From an uncultured Nitrososphaerota archaeon (GTDB lineage: Archaea; Thermoproteota; Nitrososphaeria; Nitrososphaerales; Nitrosopumilaceae): a stretch of DNA of 64,000 nt. Below, in pieces: positions 19,839-29,747 of the stretch. Below the pieces are notes generated by a model. It saw only the letters and a program-made list of their open reading frames with translations, made no database searches and had not been told where the DNA came from. Location of the stretch: assembly GCA_963824385.1 (NCBI GenBank), contig CAWGPD010000004.1, forward strand, positions 256,001 to 320,000. The letters run 5' to 3'. How positions within the stretch are numbered: the first letter of the stretch is position 1; each line of letters opens with the position of its first letter. The position numbers and the translations under genes are program-made.

Positions 19839-21631
19839 TCGCCCCTTCCTGTTTTTGCGTGATAGCTTCCATCATTTCCATAATCAGCGTAAAAGTCTTC
19901 ATCTTGTTCTTTGGTTGGCACAACTAGAGTGGATTTGAGTAACTCCTTGATATCATCAAGTGATTTGACTTTTGGACCACCATTTCCTTCCAAGACTCTA
20001 CGAATCCATACATCCAGAGTCTCTCCCTGTCTTTTTTCAGATTTGAATATTTCTACTATTTTAAGAATAGTGGGAATTACCCTCTTTGCTGGAACTTTGG
20101 CACATGTATGACCAAGTGTTGTATCTTCATCTGATCTTCCTCCAAGCAACATGTTATACAATGGGTACATGTCTTTGCCAAGTCTTCCACCACCGCCATA
20201 AAATCCGATTGTTGCAATCTCATGTTGACCACAAGAATTAGGACATCCGCTTATCTTGACAGTTGAATTTCTAAGATCATCATCTTCGTCAATTTTTAAC
20301 TCAATGAATTTTCTTTGTACTTCTTTTGCTAGTCTATGTGAGTTTGTCAATGCTAAATTACATGAAGTTGTTCCAGAACAGCCAACAACAGAAGCCATTG
20401 TCAGTGCACCGGGATTTGCAAGACCTACTTCGAGTAGTTTTGCATATAGCCTTGGAAGGTCCCCATCCTTGACATGTCGGAATACCATGTCCTGAGTAAA
20501 TCCATTACGGATTTGTCCATCGGCAGTAAACTCTCGTGCTATATCAGCAATGGCTCGTAGTTGGTTAGATGTAACATCTCCTGATTCAAGTGTAAGAGAT
20601 ACAGAACTAAATCCGGGCTGTTTTTGTTTTACTGTGTTTGATTTTGCCCATCTTGAATATCCTTGTGGGATAGATGGTACCTCAGAACTAATTGAGATCT
20701 TTCTTAACACTTCAGGCGTTTTATCAACTTCTAGTTTTACTACAAGTGATAAGATCATCTTCATTATAGCCCTCTCTTTTAGCACAAGATTTTGGAACTT
20801 TTCCCAACCCATTTCATTTACAAGATAACGCATTCTTGCCCGTGCCAAGTTATCCCTATTACCAAGTCTGTCAAATATCCTAATTACAGAAATTACAGTA
20901 TTGAGTAGCTCTTCTTCTGGAGTAAAGGTCTCAAGCTGGTGTCCTACAAACGATTGTGCACCAAGTCCTCCTCCTAGGAAAATTTTGAACCCGCGTTGTG
21001 TTTTACCGTTTATCTCTGCGTATTGTGGAATTAAACCAATGTCCACCATCCTTGCCATCCCGTGTTTTTCACAGCAAGTAAAATTGATCTTAAACTTTCT
21101 TGGAAGGAGCTGGCTCATTGGATTTCGTAAAAGAAACTTTGTAGTAGCAACTGCATAAGGAGTAGGATCAAAAATCTCTTCTGGACAAACACCCGCAAGA
21201 GGACTACACATTATACTTCGTACAGAATTTCCACATGCCTCTCTTGTTGTAATACCTACTTCTGCAAGTCCTCTTAGAACTTCAGATACGTCCTCTAGTG
21301 CAACCCAGTGAAGTTGAAAATTCTGTCTGGTGGACACATGTGCACTTCCTATTGAAAAAGAATCGCTCAGGTCTGCAATTTTGTCTAGTTGTTCAGAATA
21401 AACTTCGCCAGCAGGAAGTTTTAGTCGGATCATGCTGTAATCATCAGTCATTCTGCTGCCATAGGCACCGTGTTGTAATCTAAAACGTCTAAAATCATCT
21501 TTGGTAATTTTTCCCTGTCGGAATAACTTTACCTGTTCTGCAAATTTCTCCGCTTCATCCAGTCTTCCCCAGTTTATCTTGTGCGAAGGGAGATTATCTG
21601 GCTTGGATTGGTTTACACTTGTGTTACTCAA
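19826..21631 (-). CDS. sir: Ferredoxin-dependent sulfite/nitrite reductase (siroheme)
   Basis: TRQNFQLH, LPRKFK, CSGTTSC, GCPNSCGQH. Confidence 0.92.
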   Translation of the reverse strand: MSNTSVNQSKPDNLPSHKINWGRLDEAEKFAEQVKLFRQGKITKDDFRRFRLQHGAYGSRMTDDYSMIRLKLPAGEVYSEQLDKIADLSDSFSIGSAHVSTRQNFQLHWVALEDVSEVLRGLAEVGITTREACGNSVRSIMCSPLAGVCPEEIFDPTPYAVATTKFLLRNPMSQLLPRKFKINFTCCEKHGMARMVDIGLIPQYAEINGKTQRGFKIFLGGGLGAQSFVGHQLETFTPEEELLNTVISVIRIFDRLGNRDNLARARMRYLVNEMGWEKFQNLVLKERAIMKMILSLVVKLEVDKTPEVLRKISISSEVPSIPQGYSRWAKSNTVKQKQPGFSSVSLTLESGDVTSNQLRAIADIAREFTADGQIRNGFTQDMVFRHVKDGDLPRLYAKLLEVGLANPGALTMASVVGCSGTTSCNLALTNSHRLAKEVQRKFIELKIDEDDDLRNSTVKISGCPNSCGQHEIATIGFYGGGGRLGKDMYPLYNMLLGGRSDEDTTLGHTCAKVPAKRVIPTILKIVEIFKSEKRQGETLDVWIRRVLEGNGGPKVKSLDDIKELLKSTLVVPTKEQDEDFYADYGNDGSYHAKTGRGECAA

Positions 21632-21912
21632 TTATTGATAGCTAGTCTTCAGAACGCATATAAATTTTGTAATTGATAGCCTTTTCCTCCACATAATAAT
21701 TTAAATCGGTAAGATTTGCCGGATTGATTCTAAACTTTTGGAATTGGTTTCAAATATAGAGACTTTAACAATTACAATCAAATCTAAAAGATGCCATGAT
21801 TTTTGAATCTATTTGATCAAATGCTTCCAACCTTCTGTTATCATCAAAAAAACTGTGTTATCTACAACCAATCAGAAAAGAGTTAAATGATGACTGACAA
21901 GAAAAAAACACC

Positions 21913-22932
21913 GTGACAGGCAAGATAAGTCTAGCACTAGTTGGTGTTGGCAATGTAGCTATTACACTTGTCAAAGGTTTTGAATTTTATAAAAATTCTA
22001 CACAAGGTCTGTGGCATCCAAAAATAGCAGGACTGACATTAAATGATTTTACAATATCCGCAGTATACGACATAGATTCTTCCAAGGTAGGAAAAAAAAT
22101 ATCAGATATTGTAAAGAATTTCAAGACAGACTTTGGCAATCTTACAGTCCAGCCAGGAATTGCAGATGATATAGTACCCCCACATATATCAAAAAATGGT
22201 CAGATTAAATCTGCAAGTTATGACGAGTTTGTAAACTCCCTCAAGAACACAAAACCAGATTTTGTTTTAAATCTGATTTCATCAGGGATGGAAAAAAGCA
22301 GTGAAAAATATGCAAAAGCCGCATTAGATGCAGGCTGTTCTTTCTTTAATGCAACTGCGGCGCATACCGTTACAGATCAGGTAAGAAAATCATTTGAATC
22401 AAAAGGAATTGCAATTCTAGGAGATGATCTAATGAGCCAGTTTGGTGGAACTGCATTTCACAGAGGCATGATAGATTTTATGGCAAGCAGAGGAATATTT
22501 TTACAAAAAGCATATCAGCTTGATGTAGGTGGAAACCAGGATACCCAGAGTACCATGGCAGAAGAGACAAGAGAGAGAAAGAGACAGATAAAGACACAGT
22601 CTATTGCAATTGAATCTCCAGTTCCGTTCAGATCTACTGCAGGCACTACAGAATATGCAGAGCAGTTAGGAGATTCAAGAGTTAGCTACTATTGGATGGA
22701 AGCAGGAGGATTTCTAAATTCACCAATAGAGTTGGATCTTGCATTGAAAACAAATGACAGTACAAATGGCTGTAATGTCATAGTTGATTCGATAAGAGCT
22801 GCAAAGAAATCGCTTTCAAGCAAAGACTTTACAAAATTAGATGTCATTTCTGCATATGCGTTTAAAAACCCACCAAAGAAGATGCACATAAGAGAATGCA
22901 TCAAGGCATTTGAAGATTCATTTCTAAACTGA
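21913..22932 (+). CDS. Inositol-3-phosphate synthase family protein (divergent)
   Basis: GVGNVA, YAKAALDAGC, GDDLMSQFGGT, YQLDVGGNQD, FKNPP. Confidence 0.8.
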   Translation: MTGKISLALVGVGNVAITLVKGFEFYKNSTQGLWHPKIAGLTLNDFTISAVYDIDSSKVGKKISDIVKNFKTDFGNLTVQPGIADDIVPPHISKNGQIKSASYDEFVNSLKNTKPDFVLNLISSGMEKSSEKYAKAALDAGCSFFNATAAHTVTDQVRKSFESKGIAILGDDLMSQFGGTAFHRGMIDFMASRGIFLQKAYQLDVGGNQDTQSTMAEETRERKRQIKTQSIAIESPVPFRSTAGTTEYAEQLGDSRVSYYWMEAGGFLNSPIELDLALKTNDSTNGCNVIVDSIRAAKKSLSSKDFTKLDVISAYAFKNPPKKMHIRECIKAFEDSFLN

Positions 22933-22969
22933 GCAAACTATTAATGTGCTAAAAGAAGGATGATTTTTC

Positions 22970-23785
22970 ATGCAGAGTACTCAGAAAGAAGAAGTTCCAA
23001 AAATTTTTGCAGATTTAAGAGAAGTTGAAATTACAAGAGCAATTGCCAATGAATTTCATTCAGTTTTAATTGATAGATCAGATTCAGATGTAATTATAAT
23101 CGGAGCAGGCCCTGCAGGACTTACTGCAAGCAGAGAGTTGTCTTTAATGGGATTCAAGGTTCTGGTAATAGAGCAAAACAACTACCTAGGTGGAGGCTAT
23201 TGGCTTGGAGGATACATGATGAATCCAGTAACAGTAAGAGCTCCAGCACAAAAGGTCTGGGACGAATTGGGAATTCCATACAAGCAAGTCGCCGAAGGTC
23301 TCTTTCTAACACCAGGTCCACACGCAGTATCCAAATTGATAGCAGCTGCATGCGATGCAGGTGTAAAGTTTTTACAATTAACCAAGTTTGATGATCTAGT
23401 TCTAAAGAATGGTCGAGTTGCAGGAGTTGTAGTAAACTGGATGCCAGTATCAGCTCTTCCAAGAAATATCACATGTGTAGATCCTGTTGCACTAGAAGCA
23501 AAGATGGTAATTGATGCATCAGGTCATGACTCTGTAGCAGTAAAAAGACTAGTAGACAGAAAGCTTGTAGAATGGAAAGGAATGGACCCAATGTGGATAG
23601 ATGATGGCGAAAACAGAGTGGTATACAAAACAGGCGAGGTATTCCCAGGTCTAGTCATTTCTGGCATGTCTGTAACTGAAACTTATGGACTGGCAAGAAT
23701 GGGTCCAACCTATGGTTCCATGTTACTATCAGGCAAAAAAGCTGCAGAAGTGACTGCTGCAAAGCTAAAAGAACTAAGAAGATAA
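22970..23785 (+). CDS. thi4: Thiazole synthase Thi4
   Basis: GAGPAG, LGGGYW, TCVDP, DASGHD, RMGPTYGSMLLSG. Confidence 0.93.
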   Translation: MQSTQKEEVPKIFADLREVEITRAIANEFHSVLIDRSDSDVIIIGAGPAGLTASRELSLMGFKVLVIEQNNYLGGGYWLGGYMMNPVTVRAPAQKVWDELGIPYKQVAEGLFLTPGPHAVSKLIAAACDAGVKFLQLTKFDDLVLKNGRVAGVVVNWMPVSALPRNITCVDPVALEAKMVIDASGHDSVAVKRLVDRKLVEWKGMDPMWIDDGENRVVYKTGEVFPGLVISGMSVTETYGLARMGPTYGSMLLSGKKAAEVTAAKLKELRR

Positions 23786-23807
23786 ATCAATTAGATTTCA
23801 AAGACAC

Positions 23808-24597
23808 TTGTTGAAGATATCAAAAATTTTCCTATATGATGAGCCATCAGTTCCAGAGATCGAGATTTACAACCTAGCAAAATTCATACAAGAAACATTA
23901 GATATTCCAGTAGAGGTACGAAAGAATTTCTTTGAGCATTTCAAATCAGATAAAAATATTGCACATGAATTGGCATCATCACGAATTTTTAATCCATATT
24001 CATCCTTTGAAAGACACCCGCCATCAGAAGAGGAGATTGATTTTGAAGAAGAATCTTTTGAAAATAGTTCCATTTTAAACAATATCATACTATACGATGG
24101 TTTTGAGATACAAAATATTTTAAAAAATTTAATCCCTGAAGAAGAATCAACTTCAGATATATTCCATCTAAGTTTCATGACACGGCTCACATGTACATAT
24201 GATTATGAAGATTACAGATATCATGGAAGAGTAGTCATATGTTCAAATCCTTCAATAATTTCAACTACGGGAATAATCGAGGCCCCAGCCAAGCCACGTG
24301 CATATTACATCAGCATGCAACATAGTCTTGGCCCAAGGTCTAAACCTGGATGCGCTAAAAGAGCAATTCAGAGGCACGTTTCTAGAGTACCATGATAAGA
24401 ATCTAGGCAAAATTGTCAAAGGATATGCATTACAGGCGATTTTTTACTATTTGACTTCAGAGTCATTTTGTGACTCTATGGATTGCATTTTAAACAATGC
24501 ACACTGGCAAGAAGATCTAATACATGCACAAATTAAATCAGGAAGACTCTGTAATGCCCATCAAAAAATTCTTGAATCAATTAAAAAACATGAATAA
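23808..24597 (+). CDS. Putative metallopeptidase-like protein (DUF6775-like); +1 frameshift at ~24326
   Basis: RYHGR, STTGIIEAPAKP in first ORF; GYALQAIFY, C-x4-C, NAHWQ and LC in second ORF; joined by removing one base (790 nt = 263 codons + 1). Confidence 0.7.
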
Positions 24598-24627
24598 TTT
24601 AAATATGAACTGGAATGAATTTGTTCT

Positions 24628-25593
24628 GTGCAAGCAGAAGTAAGATCAGAGAGTAAAAAACCCGAAACAAAAAGAAAGTTTGATGTGATAATCATTGGTG
24701 CAGGTCCTGCAGGATATACTGCTTCCATATACGCATCACGTGCAAAACATGATACCCTCATAATATCAGGCGTTTTACCAGGAGGCCAGCTAATGCTTAC
24801 AACAGAAGTAGAAAACTTTCCAGGGTTTGCTAAAGGAATTCTCGGACCAGAATTGATGACTGCAATGAGAGAACAAGCTGTACGAATTGGAACTACGATT
24901 ATTGATGATGAAGTAGTAAATGTGGATTTTAGACACAAGCCATTTAAGATTTTGACTTATTCTGAAGAATATGAAGCAGATGCAGTAATAATTGCAACAG
25001 GTGCTACTCCAAGAAAGATTGGTGTTAAGGGAGAACAGGAATTTAGTGCTCGTGGTGTTTCATATTGTGCCACATGTGATGGACCATTTTTTAAAAATCA
25101 AGATATAGTTGTTGCAGGAGGTGGAGACTCTGCAATGGAAGAGGCCATATTTCTCACAAAATTTGCAAGTAAAGTCCACGTAGTTCATAGAAAAGATACT
25201 CTTCGTGCAAGCAAAGTTATGCAAGATAGAGCTTTTGAAAACAAAAAAATCCAGTTTCACTGGAATACAATAATTGAGGAAATAAAAGGAAATCAAAAAG
25301 TCACACAGATAACACTAAAAGATACTGTGGCAAACAAGGTCGAGACATTAGATATAGGAGGAATTTTTGTTGCAATAGGACACGAGCCAAATACAAAATT
25401 ATTCAAAGGTCAGATTGAACTTGATGACTTGGGGTATATTTCATTAAAGAATCACACCCATACAAATGTGGAAGGAGTCTTTGCTGCAGGAGATGTGCAT
25501 GACCACCGATACAGACAAGCAATAACGGCTGCAGCTTTTGGTTGCATGGCTGCCATTGATGTTGATAAGTATCTCTCAGAACATAAAGCATAA
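24628..25593 (+). CDS. trxB: Thioredoxin-disulfide reductase
   Basis: GAGPAG, GGQL, CATCDG, GGGDSA, VFAAGD. Confidence 0.96.
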   Translation: MQAEVRSESKKPETKRKFDVIIIGAGPAGYTASIYASRAKHDTLIISGVLPGGQLMLTTEVENFPGFAKGILGPELMTAMREQAVRIGTTIIDDEVVNVDFRHKPFKILTYSEEYEADAVIIATGATPRKIGVKGEQEFSARGVSYCATCDGPFFKNQDIVVAGGGDSAMEEAIFLTKFASKVHVVHRKDTLRASKVMQDRAFENKKIQFHWNTIIEEIKGNQKVTQITLKDTVANKVETLDIGGIFVAIGHEPNTKLFKGQIELDDLGYISLKNHTHTNVEGVFAAGDVHDHRYRQAITAAAFGCMAAIDVDKYLSEHKA

Positions 25594-26595
25594 TCAGACA
25601 GACTGGACTTGAGAAATATACTTGGAATCTTTTAGTGCAGTGTCAAATTCTTCTTCTGTAAAAATTCCTTGTTGGATGTAAAGACTCTTGAATTTTCTTC
25701 CATCATCGGCAAATATTCCTACCACATGGCCACTTTTAACATCATATTTTTTCATTGCAGTATATACAGTTGCAGAGGATGGACTTACTAGCATCTTTTC
25801 TTTTTCTAGAATTTCTTTTACGGATGCAAATACCTCCTCATTGGTTATAGTAATCCAGTCATCAACTACTTTTTCACGTTTGATAAATAAATCAGGTTTT
25901 GCAGATTCTTCAAAGTTTCTCAGACCTTGAATCAAGTGGTTTTGTTGGGGCTGTACGCCTATGACCTGGATTTGAGGATTCTTTTCTTTCAAGTATGCAC
26001 CAATTCCAGTTATAGTTCCTCCAGTTCCAACTCCAGTAAAGAAATGTGTTACCTTGCCTTTTGTCTGCTCCCAGATCTCTGGTCCAGTTCCTTTGTAATG
26101 ACCCAAAAAGTTTGCTTCGTTGGCATATTGATTTGGAGAATAGTACTTGTCAGGTCTTGCAGATGCGATTGAACGTGCAAGTGCAATGCTTTGGTCTGTT
26201 CCACCACCAACTTTTGGACACAAGTCGTCAGATGTTTGATACAAAGTAGCACCGAGTGATTCTATAATCTTCTTTGTTTCCGCGCTTGCCTTTTCTGGGA
26301 TTACAATCTCAACTTTGTACCCAAGAAGTTTTGCAATCCCTGCAAGTGCGATTCCAGTATTTCCAGATGTAGGCTCTATTATGATAGTATGTCCCCTTTT
26401 TATGGTGCCACTGTCTTCTGCAATCTTTACCATCCAAAATGCAGCTCTATCTTTTACAGAACCAAACGGATTGTAGAACTCTAGCTTGGCATAAAATTGT
26501 ACAGTATCGTTTGAAAGCGAATCTAGTTTTATGAGAGGTGTATTTCCAATTTTCTTGAGAAGTATCTCAGCATCATCTAATGTTTTAGTGGCCAA
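25594..26595 (-). CDS. Cysteine synthase (CysK/CysM family, PLP)
   Basis: IGNTPL, NPFGSVKDR, EPTSGNTG, GTGGT. Confidence 0.92.
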   Translation of the reverse strand: MATKTLDDAEILLKKIGNTPLIKLDSLSNDTVQFYAKLEFYNPFGSVKDRAAFWMVKIAEDSGTIKRGHTIIIEPTSGNTGIALAGIAKLLGYKVEIVIPEKASAETKKIIESLGATLYQTSDDLCPKVGGGTDQSIALARSIASARPDKYYSPNQYANEANFLGHYKGTGPEIWEQTKGKVTHFFTGVGTGGTITGIGAYLKEKNPQIQVIGVQPQQNHLIQGLRNFEESAKPDLFIKREKVVDDWITITNEEVFASVKEILEKEKMLVSPSSATVYTAMKKYDVKSGHVVGIFADDGRKFKSLYIQQGIFTEEEFDTALKDSKYISQVQSV

Positions 26596-26598
26596 GAA

Positions 26599-26838
26599 CT
26601 ATTTCACCTTCTTTATGGTAAACTCTAGATCATTTCCTGTTTTTTTAATACCAATTAATTGGTGACCGGTTCTGTTTACCCATCTTGTAATATCTTCTTC
26701 AGATGCAGGATCATCTGCAGTGATTTTGAGTATGTCTCCTACTGCCATTCTTTCAATCTCTATCTTTGTTCTAAATACAGGTTCTGGACAGAACATGCCT
26801 CGAACATCTATAGTCTTAGTAGGATTTAATTCTGAAAT
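26599..26838 (-). CDS. tusA: Sulfurtransferase TusA/SirA (probable ATT start at 26838)
   Basis: In-frame extension gives ISELNPTKTIDVRGMFCPEP...ADDPAS..DI..W; AGGTGA 6 nt upstream of ATT. Confidence 0.85.
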   Translation of the reverse strand: MSELNPTKTIDVRGMFCPEPVFRTKIEIERMAVGDILKITADDPASEEDITRWVNRTGHQLIGIKKTGNDLEFTIKKVK

Positions 26839-26909
26839 ATCGGTTCACCTATGAGCAAAAAATCGCTCACGAGATATTAAAATCTATTCATAGTTACAAA
26901 AAAATCCAG

Positions 26910-27830
26910 TCATCTAAGAATCATCGGCAAGATTGCTCGGAGATTTCTTTGATACAAAACTGTATGATCCTGATCTTTGAAATTAATTTTGTTTGAAAGT
27001 TTTGTTATCATACGTACTGCAACTTTGTAAGCAGTTGTCCAGACCACACTGTTTGGATTTGATTCAAAAGCATTGATCAAAAATATGCATACACCGGTTA
27101 GATGAGGATGGTTTTCTTTAAAGTACATGATAATATCTTCTTTGGAATTTTCTATTTTGTACAGAGCATGTTCAATCATTTCTCTGCTTGTAGTATATCC
27201 CGAACTATCTATAGTAATTTTGCCGTGCTTCATTGCGTATAATACATCATCCAATTTATTTTCAGAGTCAATCAAATTGATACACCTTCCAAGCGTAGAA
27301 GCAACATGTGAGTCACTTCCTGCCACTTCAATCATGTTATTTGCTTTAGCAAAATGAGAAGCTCGAAGATTTGAGTAACGGTCTACATTATTGCTGTTAA
27401 AGACCTCAATCAAATCACATAAAATTGCATTTTCTCGCAAACCGTTGCTGAGTCCAAAAGGATGCGGTGCACATGATATAACTCCTTGTGATTTTATAGA
27501 ATCAAGGGTCTCGTCAATATTATTTCCAGCCTTGATAGTTTCATTGAGACCAAATGCCAGAACATGTATACCTTGATCAGTGGTGATTTCTTCACCTGGG
27601 TATATTTTGATCTTTTTGTATTTGGCATGGTTTTCTTTGTATTCCAAAAGGGATCTATATCCATCCAGAGTGTTATGATTGGTAATGAAAAAAGCATCCA
27701 ACCCCATCAGATATGCCTTTTCCAGTTGATCCCCAATTGTCACTCCACAGTCATATGGAGTCTCCTTGGGTCCTAGCTGAAAGTTTGAAAATTCATTATG
27801 GCAGTGTAATTCTACTTTTAATCCAGCCAA
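26910..27830 (-). CDS. PHP-domain phosphoesterase
   Basis: ELHCH, ITNHN, GEE, APHP, GSDSH. Confidence 0.88.
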   Translation of the reverse strand: MAGLKVELHCHNEFSNFQLGPKETPYDCGVTIGDQLEKAYLMGLDAFFITNHNTLDGYRSLLEYKENHAKYKKIKIYPGEEITTDQGIHVLAFGLNETIKAGNNIDETLDSIKSQGVISCAPHPFGLSNGLRENAILCDLIEVFNSNNVDRYSNLRASHFAKANNMIEVAGSDSHVASTLGRCINLIDSENKLDDVLYAMKHGKITIDSSGYTTSREMIEHALYKIENSKEDIIMYFKENHPHLTGVCIFLINAFESNPNSVVWTTAYKVAVRMITKLSNKINFKDQDHTVLYQRNLRAILPMILR

Positions 27831-27883
27831 TGTTTATCGAATCCCTCGCTTAATGATATAATCCTTGTTTCTTAAATTTTGGA

Positions 27884-28632
27884 TCATCTGAATAGATCAA
27901 GTGATTTTGCTCTCAATAGAACTTTTGAAGTACCATTTTTTTTATCAAATTTGTAGTTTCTAATAATTGCAATTGGTGTGTGAAGTGTTTTTCCTCTAAC
28001 CAATTCACTTGCAGAACAGAGTGCTCATCTACAATTGCAATTGCTGTAACTCTAAGAACACGATTAAAGTTATCTCGTTTTCCAACATAGTCTACAATTG
28101 GAGATATTCCAGAAACGCCTATTGCAGTATCTGTCTGACCCTCTCTAAATGGCCTACCAAATGTATCAGATATTATCACTGCGATATTTTTTCCTGTTTT
28201 AGTTTTTATACGTCTTCGTAATTTTTCTGCAGATATATCGGGGTTTTTTGGAAGCAAGGTTGCAAAATTTGCTTCAACATTACTTTCATCTATTCCAGCA
28301 TTTGCACAGACTAGACCATGATGTGTTTCACATATCATTATTCCATTTTTCATACGAATGAGCCTTTTTGTTTCATCAAGTATTAGTTGAATAATTCGAG
28401 GGTCTTTTGCATAAGCGCTGGCAATCCCAGTTGCAAGAAGAGTGGGTTTAATTTTGGAGAGATTAATTTTTCTGCCTTCTTGTTTTGAAATAATTTTTTG
28501 AGTAAATACCAGAATATCACCTTCTTTTAATCCCCTGCCAGTTCTTGTTTGAAGTAAAAGTTCAATCAAATCATCTCCCGGTAAGATATCTTTTAGAATA
28601 TGAACAGGAATTATTTGTAAAGACATACTCAC
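27884..28632 (-). CDS. cofE: Coenzyme F420-0:L-glutamate ligase; +2 frameshift at ~28022
   Basis: KIISKQEG, CANAGIDESN, ISDTFGRPFREG; corrected tail DELCSASELVRGK..TPIAIIR...DLFR* (749 nt = 249 codons + 2). Confidence 0.92.
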
Positions 28633-28667
28633 AAGTTTAATTTTTTACTGCTTAAAATGATATCTTG

Positions 28668-29318
28668 TCAGGCTACTGTCTGCAACGGTATCTTCAAGCC
28701 ATAGTGTTTGTTGATTAAATCAATGAGTTTAGAGAGGTCTTTTTCTTCCAGTGTCACAGTTGCCAATTCTTTTACCACATCCTGGGCTCTAAATGCCACC
28801 CCAAGACCGCATATATTGAATAATTTTATATCATTTGCCCCGTCCACAACTACAACAATATTATTTTGTTCTTCTTTCCATTCTTTTATTTTAACAATTG
28901 CAGATTTTGCCTTGTCAGAATCAACATCTATTGTTACACCATCCAATTTTCCATCCTTGAATATCAGTTTGTTTGAAAAGACATAATCTAGGCCTAGTTC
29001 ATCTTTTAATCTGTCTGTCATTATTGTAAATCCTCCAGATACTGCCATAATCTTCCATCCTGCGGCCTTTAATGCTCTACATGCTTCTTTTGCGCCAATC
29101 ATTATTTTTAACGAATCAGAAACTTCCTTGCATATCTGATAATCTATTCCTCTAAGCAGTTCAATTCTTCTTTTGAGTCCTTCTTCCCAATTTATTTTTC
29201 CCTCGATACCTTGTCTTGTAATAGCCCAAATTTCATCTTGCTTGTTAATTTTTTCAGCAAGGATTGGAAGAAATTCTGCGTCAAGTAATACGCCTTCCAC
29301 ATCAAAAATTGCTAACAT
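28668..29318 (-). CDS. serB: Phosphoserine phosphatase
   Basis: FDVEGVL, VSGGF, K, DGAND. Confidence 0.88.
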   Translation of the reverse strand: MLAIFDVEGVLLDAEFLPILAEKINKQDEIWAITRQGIEGKINWEEGLKRRIELLRGIDYQICKEVSDSLKIMIGAKEACRALKAAGWKIMAVSGGFTIMTDRLKDELGLDYVFSNKLIFKDGKLDGVTIDVDSDKAKSAIVKIKEWKEEQNNIVVVVDGANDIKLFNICGLGVAFRAQDVVKELATVTLEEKDLSKLIDLINKHYGLKIPLQTVA

Positions 29319-29419
29319 CGGTTTCTTCTTTCAACTTTAAATCAGATTATATTAATCTTAAGTGGCTTTCAGATCTTTTCACCACTAGTAATATATTCAA
29401 GGTTGCCAAGTTGTTGAAT

Positions 29420-29704
29420 ATGACTGAACTTCCACACAAGTATGAAGTCCCAGTAAAAGTTGTGGAGAAAGCGATCAAATTAACAGATAAGACCAAAGAA
29501 GAACTCAAAGCGTCTGGCATGATGGATGACAAGGGAAAACTCAAGTTAAAAGGTGTCAGTCCAAAGATGCTCAAGCGTATGAAAGAAGAGTCTGTTGATT
29601 GTCCTGTTTTAAAAGATGAACTTGCATTCATCCAGTGTTTTGTCTGCAGTAATTTCCAGAGTAGAGTATCTGGTAAAGTACTCTGCAAAGGCGACGCACT
29701 CTAA
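29420..29704 (+). CDS. Hypothetical Cys-rich (possible Zn-binding) protein; start probably ATG 29420
   Basis: VDCPV...CFVC...VLC. Confidence 0.65.
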   Translation: MTELPHKYEVPVKVVEKAIKLTDKTKEELKASGMMDDKGKLKLKGVSPKMLKRMKEESVDCPVLKDELAFIQCFVCSNFQSRVSGKVLCKGDAL

Positions 29705-29747
29705 AAAACCAGAAAGCTCATTAGTACTACGATAAGAAAGATCTGAA

